Assembly: GCA_964016885.1 (NCBI GenBank)
Contig: OZ024741.1
Coordinates: forward strand, 126,976,001 to 127,040,000
Direction of reading: 5' to 3'
Source of the DNA: Eledone cirrhosa
Lineage: Eukaryota
Length of the DNA stretch: 64,000 bases
Shown here: positions 56,153 through 64,000 of the stretch, one piece after another
Numbering within the stretch: the first letter of the stretch is position 1
Layout of the letters: every line of letters begins with the position of its first letter
The notes under the pieces: generated by a model
Database searches by the model: none
Told to the model about the DNA's origin: nothing
Seen by the model: only the letters and a program-made list of their open reading frames with translations
Position numbers and translations under genes: made by a program

Positions 56153-59100
56153 AATTCTTTCTTTATTAACCACAAGGGTTGACACAAAGTATAACATTAA
56201 GGACAACACAGGACAATACAAATGGGCATTTCTGCATGTAAAAAACAAAAACAGAGTGTGACAAAAGGAAACAATGAAAAGTTCCCAATAGGGGGAGACC
56301 TCCGAGGGTTGCTCGTGGAGAAAGACCACAAGAAAAGCCATGGTTAGCCTGACAAATGCCCTCTTCCAGTTTTCCTCTTACAATGCTACAGGCACACGCT
56401 CGGGATAGACCCATTCACACGGGCCATTCTTTCCTCTCTCACCCACCTTTCAACAAACTGGCTGGAGGTCAGCACTTCCCTCTCCGCCCTGATTTTCCTC
56501 TTCAGGTGAAACCTGGAAAGGTTAATGAGGGCGTCACCGGCAGATAAAATCTGCCTGCCCTTCTCGGCTAAAGGAAGGCGGCGAGGCAATCTTCACGATG
56601 GACTCAGCTGATAGCCGGATCCGTTCTACACGTGACAGCAGGTGTTCGGCATAAACCCAGAAATCAGCAATGCTCGGACGCTGGACGAGTGCGTGCAGGA
56701 CAGTTTCATCGCCCTGTGCGCATCTCAGATAGGCTCGGCTGACGGCACTTCTATGCCTGTAGAGTTTATCCCGAACTGGCAAAGCTCCTCCGTAGCACTG
56801 CCAGGCCAGGGATTTCTGGAAATTGTCCATGGGCCCCGGCCCGAAAGTTCTCCCGAACGGATTGGCTAGTTGGTTTACGTCGACGCCTAGAGTCTCCCCA
56901 AGGAAGTCGTTGCTCTTTCCTTCCACTAATCCTCTATAGAAAGCCAAGGTGGAGTTTCCAGCGATTGTATTGCTCGACTGGTCGAGGGCTGTAAGCGCCT
57001 GAAGACATTCTAGTCTCCAAGCGCTTGCTCTCGGTCTTCGCTTGACCCAGGACTGCAACTCCGCCAAGGAGACGAGCAGAGTAAACATGTGTCTAGCAAA
57101 GGGCGACCACACCTGATCACCGTCGAAGAAGAGGTGGAGATGCCGTAGCCTGAGCGCATGTCTGCGCATCATTAGCCATGGCATGGCCAGCCCTCCGCGT
57201 AGCGGGTGTTGACAGCAGATGGACCGCCTGACCATCGGAGCACGTCTCTTCCACAAAAAGCCAAAGAACAAACGCTCCAGTGCAGTCAGGCGAGGCTTAG
57301 GACAAGGCTCGACGGTCAGGCGGTAGTATATGACGGACGCGATGTACGCATTCTCCACCTCCACTCGACCTTTCTGGGATAGCTTCCTCTCGGCCCATTT
57401 ATGGGTGAGAGAAAACAACTTGCACGTGGCCTACTCCTAGTTTTTGTCCGTCTGGAGGTCCGGACCGAACCAGACCACTAGCAATTTAACCGATCCGTCC
57501 GCCAGAGCCCAACGACCCTGTTAGGCGGCATGGACTTGCCTCTCCAGGTGCTGAGTTGAAGGCTTACTGATTTTTCCTGGTTGATCATTGCTCCTGTCAC
57601 TACCTCGTATTCTCTTAGTGTGGTACCGATTGCCTCGATGTGTTTGGTGTTCGACACCACTACGGTGATGTCGTCTGCATAAGCTGACACTTTTCTTCCG
57701 CATACTAGTTCACGTGGGATCTCCTTCAATGTCTCCAGTTTGTGCAGTAATGGCTCAAGAGTCAATACGTACAAAAAGGATGAGAGAGGACATTCCTGGC
57801 GCTTATCGAGCGCATGATGTTGAACGGTTCCGAAAGGTGACCGTTCACTCTCACTACAGAGCAGATATCGCTGTGCATGGTAGCAATCCAGCCTCTGAAG
57901 ATAGGCCCAAAGCCAGCTGCTCTTAGGACTGCTGCCAGATACGATGGTCGACCCTATCGAAAGCTTTTGACTGATCTAAATTGATCAAAGACCCACCCAT
58001 ACCAGGTTCCCTAGCTACCCTTTCTACGATGTATCGCATGAGATGGAGGTTGTCGTGGATGGATCTGTTTGGAATGGCGCATGTTTGCGCCTCTCCCACC
58101 AGACCACCAACGACAAGCGCCAACCTCTTTGCTAGCACCTTAGCCAAAATTTTGAAGTCTGTGTTTAGCAGAGTTATGGGCCTGGAATTTTCTGTTATTC
58201 TCCTTGTTCTGATCCTTTCTCAGCAGCGCCACCGCTCCTCGGCTCACAGAGCTGGGAATTCTCCCGTTCTGCTGCCAGTTGCAGCAGACGTCTGCCAAGA
58301 GGTCTTCGAACAAGTCTGGCATATGTATGTAAAATTCGTAGGGCAGACCATCCAAACCAGGCGATTTACCCAGTGTGCAGCTAGTCATTGCCTCCCGTAC
58401 TTCAGCAGCTGTTATCCGACTTTCGCAACACTCCGCCTCAATTGCCGAGAGCCGCGACAGTCCGTCGAGGTAGGCATTGAAGTCCATTCCACGATGCGGC
58501 TCGTCATTGCCCCGGAACAGCTGAGCAAAGTGCTGCTGAAAAGCCGCATACATCTGCCCGGGATCGAATATCATGTGCCCGTCGTGGTTCGCCAAAGACC
58601 GGATCGTGGCTTTGTTGCCACGACGCGCCTCCGCCACCTGGGCCCATTGAACGGCTTTTGACCCTCGTGTCTGAGAGCACGCACCCTAGCTCTGACAACG
58701 CAACTTTCGTGCTTAGCGTTGAAAAATTGATCGAGAGCCAATTTCGCCGCAAGTACGTCGGTCGCGAGGCCTTTACTAAGCGCCTCGTCTAATTTCTTAA
58801 CTAGATTTCCTTCTCCTCTATTTTTCTCTGTTACTAGCGCTTTACTAAACCTAATGGATTCTATTCTAATCGCTCTCATCAGGGCAAACCACCATTTGTT
58901 GTTGACGATAGCCTGTCAAAACGACGCGTTTAGTTTCCAGTAGCCGGGTTTCTGTCTATGAAGCCTATCTAAGTCAATCACACAGATCACGAATTTGTGG
59001 TCCGTGTAGCTGACTATCTTGAATTGTGGACAGCCTATGCTAGACCTATCTATTTCCCTACAAAATACTCTATCTAGATATAATCTGGATGACCCGAAAC

Positions 59101-61980
59101 GGTTTGTCCAAGTCCACATTGGCACATTCGGGAAATCCAATCGGTACCTGTCCGACAGTTGAAAACGCCTGATTAGGTTTGTGAGGCTTTTACACCCTCC
59201 TCCCCTATCCACTAATCCCATACAATCCCAGCGTGCATCTAAGATCCCATTCCAGTCGCCCACTAACACTAAAGAGCGGGACGTTCCAAGAAAGGTCTCC
59301 AGACGCCGGAAGAATTCAGGCCGTCCTACTCCTGTTGGGGCATAGGTTGTCCTTCTCCGCTGGCCATGTCCAGTACCACCAACTTACCCTCGGGGTAACT
59401 TACCCTCGGAATATCTCGAGATCCAGACTTCTCTGGAACAACACGGCCACCACCCCACCCCTCACCCCCCACCCCCGATCCGGGACGGCTTGGATATGTG
59501 TACACCTCGTAACCGCCGAAAATGGGTGCGAATGCCCGTGCCTCGAAGATTCTGGTCTCGCTGATTGCCACCACATCTATGTTTAGCGACCTGAGATCGT
59601 TCAGCAGGTGACTCTGCTTCCAAGACGACCCCAGGCCAGGTACATTTATCCTACCTATTCTGAGAGAAGCCATATTGGCTAGGATAGGAGGAAAACAAGT
59701 GAGAGGGAAGAAGTACAAAAATTACATGTGGCTCTTCTTTAGGAAGGGGTGGGTGATCCATCCCTCCGACCATTGGTGCGTCTCTCCACGAGAATATTCG
59801 TGAATATTCTTTTGGTGATGTTCCCTTGGTAGTCTCGAATTGATGTGGGGAAAATTTTTGTTCATGTTATGTAATTTTTTTGTGTAATTTCTATTATTTT
59901 TATGTATGGGGGGGGGGGGGGGGTTGGAGTGTATTTTTGGTGGTTTGTACGTACTTTGTTTCTGTGATGTTGGTGTGGTGTTGAATTTAATTTAAAAGCT
60001 TTGTGTTGTCTGTGTATTGTGTCTGCTGTTGGGGTGTTGGTGCTTTCTGTGTTTGCTCTCGTGTTGTTGGAGGTGACGATGGGGTAGATGCCAAGGGTGG
60101 AGGTGTTGGTGGTGGTGGTGGTGGTGATGGTGTAGATGGTTGTGGGGGTGTGGCTGTTGATGGTGGTGGAGGAGGTGGAGTAGTTCTCATTTTCTTTTTT
60201 TAGGGTTTTTTCTTCCTCTTTTTTTATTGGGGGGGGGTGAGGGTAGGGAGTTCTTCCTTTTTTGTTGGAATAGTCCTCCACTCTTCGGCCTCATCGCACT
60301 CCTTGTCCGATTTAGCTATATCAGGAAGGGGTATGGTTTCCATTGGTTCTGTGGGTGGTGGAAGAGATGGTGCTTTTGTTGTTGGGGATGGTAATTTCCC
60401 TTCTTCCACTGTGGTCTTTGTTTGTTTGTCCGCTCCTGTTGCGGGACACGGCGTGGGGAGAAGGGGTGGGCGCATCCATGACACCTTGAGCGCCTACCTT
60501 CGACAGTCACGGGTAAATAGCTGTCATCGTCCAGGTCTATTACATTGGCGATGGCCTCAATGCTCTCATGGTTTGCTTGGATGATTAGCTCAATCCCCGA
60601 CCCTGTCCAATTTTCCTGTATTATTCGCATGACGTTGAGTATGGTTGTTGAATCCTCAACGTCAGTACGGACAGCCGCAGTCAACCCCGCCATCTCCACT
60701 GAGGGAGAAACCTGGGCCACTCGAACCCTCACGACTCTCTGGTCGCAGTATGTGGGCATCATTATGATTTTGTCACTGCGGAGTGGCGCAATGGAGTGTG
60801 CTCTGGCTTCTTCTGGTGTAGCGAAGAACACATCCACAGTGCCATATCTCGATCCCCGGGCTATATATGTTTTCTGTGCCCAGTCGGTGCCCATAACTCT
60901 TTGGACCTGTGACTCCGTTGCCCGTTCAACTCGCCGCGATTTGGATTCGATCGTGCGATAACTGACCGAACACAAAAGCTTGTTTCTTATTATCTCAGCT
61001 GGGCGGGTGAGACTTACCCTGTGTCCGGTCTTTTTAACCAAGACCTTTGCTTGTTTTATTTATTCGTTAGTGATGTGTACTTGTTCAAAATTATTCGTCG
61101 CTTTAGCGAAAGACTAGCAGATTTACCCGGCGTTGCCCGGGGTTTGAAATGCAACAAAGAATAAACAAGAAACAAACGATAAAATTAGTGATTTATCTTC
61201 AAATGAATCTGATGTTTATATTTCTGTCAATAAAGTTGGTTATCTCCCTTACATCAATTTTGCTACCGATAATTTTGATATCGATTTTTTATTGCTCAAC
61301 GTGGGTCGATTTGAAATATTTTTGTGATGTGACCATCTTAGCGACCTGTACAACGTGCGCAGAAAATATGGTCAAATTCCGTTGGTAATTGTAAAAGCCT
61401 TAGGTATCCAAAGTTGTACACAGACACACACACATCCTCGCTTGTATATATATATAGATGTGTTTGTTTGGATTTGTGTTGACTCATCACTAGTTTTGTC
61501 TTTGTTGCCGTCGTTGGTGTTTTTTTTTGTTTTTTTCCTCTGTGTTGCTGCTATTATAGTTGTTGTTCTTTGGGTTCTTTATGGCTGTTGCTGTTGTTAT
61601 TGGGGTGGTGGTGGTGGTGGTGTTTAATTTTTCTAACGTAGGGAAGTTTTCGTTGTAATTTCCACTACTGCTACTACTGTTCCAGTGGCCGCTGCTGCTG
61701 TTGTACCTACCACTGTCGCTGTCGCTGCTGCTGCTGTTTCTCTTGTTTTTTACTTTGCCTTGTGATTGGGTGGAAATGGCTGTTCCACCCTCCGAACAAC
61801 TCGCTGTTCCTCCCTGTGGACAATTTTTTTTGTCCGCCATGTTTTTTAAAACAATTTTTTTTCTTGGGGGGGGGGGGGTATGATTGTAAATAAATGCAAA
61901 TTTAGCCCTCAAGGGCGTGAGATACAGTTAAAAAACCACCTTCTTTGACAGAGAGGTTCTTTAACTACACACCGATGTAA
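56153..61980 (-). mobile_element. Near full-length degraded Tx1/L1-clade LINE (ORF1 about 61840-60200; ORF2 about 59673-56340)
   Basis: APE motifs INVPGL...ISETR, VGDWN, YLDRVF, TDHKFV, PGYWKLNAS. RT motifs KSPGLDGLPYEFY, LDQSKAFDRVDH, AYADDITV. zf-RVT LPVRDKL...RC...ETVLHAL. AATAAA at the 3' end. Many frameshifts. Confidence 0.92.
61114..61458 (-). mobile_element. Non-autonomous Helitron inserted in LINE ORF1
   Basis: Minus strand begins a|TCtatatata and ends CTAG|t, with subterminal hairpin cccgggcaacgccggg; removing it restores a continuous frame (DESTQIQTNT-SFAKA). Confidence 0.8.
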
Positions 61981-62829
61981 AAAATAGTATATAGAACGTT
62001 CGATAACTCATAAAAATTCAACTAACTTACTCCGCCGTAGTTACCGCCGTCTCATAATAATAACAACAACTAATAATAATATAATGACACATAAGTAAAC
62101 AAGTTTAAAAAAACTCGGTTAGTTTGATTAATGTGTAAGCGTGGTAATTTAATATGAAAAGTCTTCACTACGGCCTGGATTAGAGAAGAAGGTTAAATGG
62201 GTAGAAGGAGCCATTTAATATTGGAGCGTCAATTAACTTATTTTTCAAGTACCAAATTTGGGTTGCAACGCTAATGAAATCTTATTTCTCCTAATTGCTG
62301 ATATCGAAGATTAAATGGATTTCAAATTAATTCTATATATATCATCAACGTTCTATTTGAACAGATAACTGTATGTTATTGATAACTATAATCAAGCGAC
62401 CAAAGTTTCCTGAATTTTAATTATACATTGAGTTGCTGGTGTTATTTGATCTTGATAACCCAAATTTATCTTTTGTTTTTGTTTTTGTTTTTGTAAAATT
62501 ATTCATACTTGATAAGATATTCGTTAATATTGAATAGCTAATTTTCTGTGAATTTATGCTACAGACTTTTACTGAATACTGACTTTGATGGAATATGTAT
62601 AGTTAAATCACCTGAGCTTTCTTTTTCATTTTCTATTATTACGTTACGAAGTATATAAGAGATATCATCCAATGGTTTCTTAAAAACAGCTGGATAATAG
62701 TACATATAATTTCTACCTTATAGAATAGCGTACGTCGTGTGATATTGACTGAGATAGACTTCACTCGGTAGGAGGTTATCTAATAATACATGATGGGTAT
62801 TTAGAATTATATATATATATATATATATA

Positions 62830-63270
62830 TATTGTCTACAAATGTAAAGATGAAACACCCACGTCCCGTAAGGGCTACATAAGGTTAACCGCCAATAGAT
62901 TCAAGCATCGTCTTTACATGCATACCCATTCTTTTCTTAACCTTTTAAGAAAGAATAGGACGTCACTTTCAGCTTATATCTGGACTCTAAAGGACAACCA
63001 CACCAAATATAAGTTACACTGGGAGATCCTAGCTAAAGCTAGATCGTATAACGGAAATAAAGGACCATGTGACCTCTGCGCCGCTGAAGCCCTGGAAATA
63101 CTCTACGCCAAAGACCACATCTTAAACAAAAAATCTGAGGCAATTTCGGCTTGTAAACATAAATTGCACAAAACTTTCAGGTATTACAGCCCCACATTAT
63201 ACCCTAACAGATAGTACGAACTATACGCGGATATTTTACGTCTTGATGTGGTAGCTAAGTACATGTTGTT
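62830..63270 (+). pseudogene. GIY-YIG fragment of a Hydra-like PLE starting at (TA)n
   Basis: VYKCKDETPTSRKGYIRLTANRFKHRLYMHTHSF...TSLSAYIWTLKD...WEIL...CDLCAAEALEIL...LNKKSE...CKH. Confidence 0.85.
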
Positions 63271-64000
63271 TATACCATTACTTATTTATATAGGTAAGTA
63301 TATATTACCTGTATGTGTTGTGAAGGTATGTATACTTTCTCGTACGTATATTTGCTTGTATATTTTATAGGCGTATATGTTATATTATATATACTGGTAC
63401 ATGTGCATATGGTTATGTGTATACGTACGTTTTGCGTCTGTGTGAGTATGCAGGTTCGTACGTATGTAGGGTGTGTGTATATGTGTACTTTATGTTTTGG
63501 TTGACGTTCTTTTAGCGAACATATGTGCATTTACATGTAGGTATGTGTGTGCGCGCATTATATACGTATTTATGTGTGTATATTTATATACGTTTATATA
63601 ATTATATGTATACACGCGCACACACATATATATTTTTTTTTTATGTGTATTTGGTGTATACGTTCGTATGTGTGCAAGTACAGGCGTTGCGTGGGTTCTG
63701 TATGTGCGTGCGTGTTTTTTTGTGTACGTGATTGTATTTGCATACCCATGGCGGGTGTTTTCACGTATGCATGTGTATGTACGTATATGGATGCGTGCAT
63801 GTATATATTTAATTTTTGTTGATTTCAATTACCTCTGTAATTTATTTACATTATTCTTAACTCTGAAGCAGAGAATCATTCGGTTTCCTAAATAGAATTT
63901 TAGTCTAAGACTTCAGTTATACCATGAACGTGGTTTTGTCTTGGCGTGCAATTGTTCTCAACGGTCCACATAATGACGTATTATCTTCGGTTTTTTCGTC

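Overview
AT-rich, microsatellite-saturated eukaryotic DNA with no confidently identifiable host gene. The (TA)n/(CA)n/(GA)n load and the SINE families suggest a cephalopod such as octopus (inference). Most ORFs in the track are microsatellite artefacts. The real content is transposable: one young, near-intact Penelope-like element (PLE; RT plus C-terminal GIY-YIG, ORF 9964-13503) in a partial-tandem and inverted arrangement; decayed Neptune-like and Hydra-like PLE copies; a degraded Tx1/L1-clade LINE with a small Helitron inside ORF1; R4/Dong, RTE and mariner remnants; MITEs; and many tRNA-derived SINEs. The most striking unannotated signal is a dense population of type I hammerhead ribozyme (HHR) motifs at about 15 loci from many unrelated families. 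Most sit in 100-400 bp fold-back palindromes embedded in (TA)n. They include three U3-A8 covariant cores and an ORF-less 543-bp tandem unit with a canonical HHR in each copy, resembling a circRNA-producing retrozyme. All structures were read by eye; no folding or database search was run.
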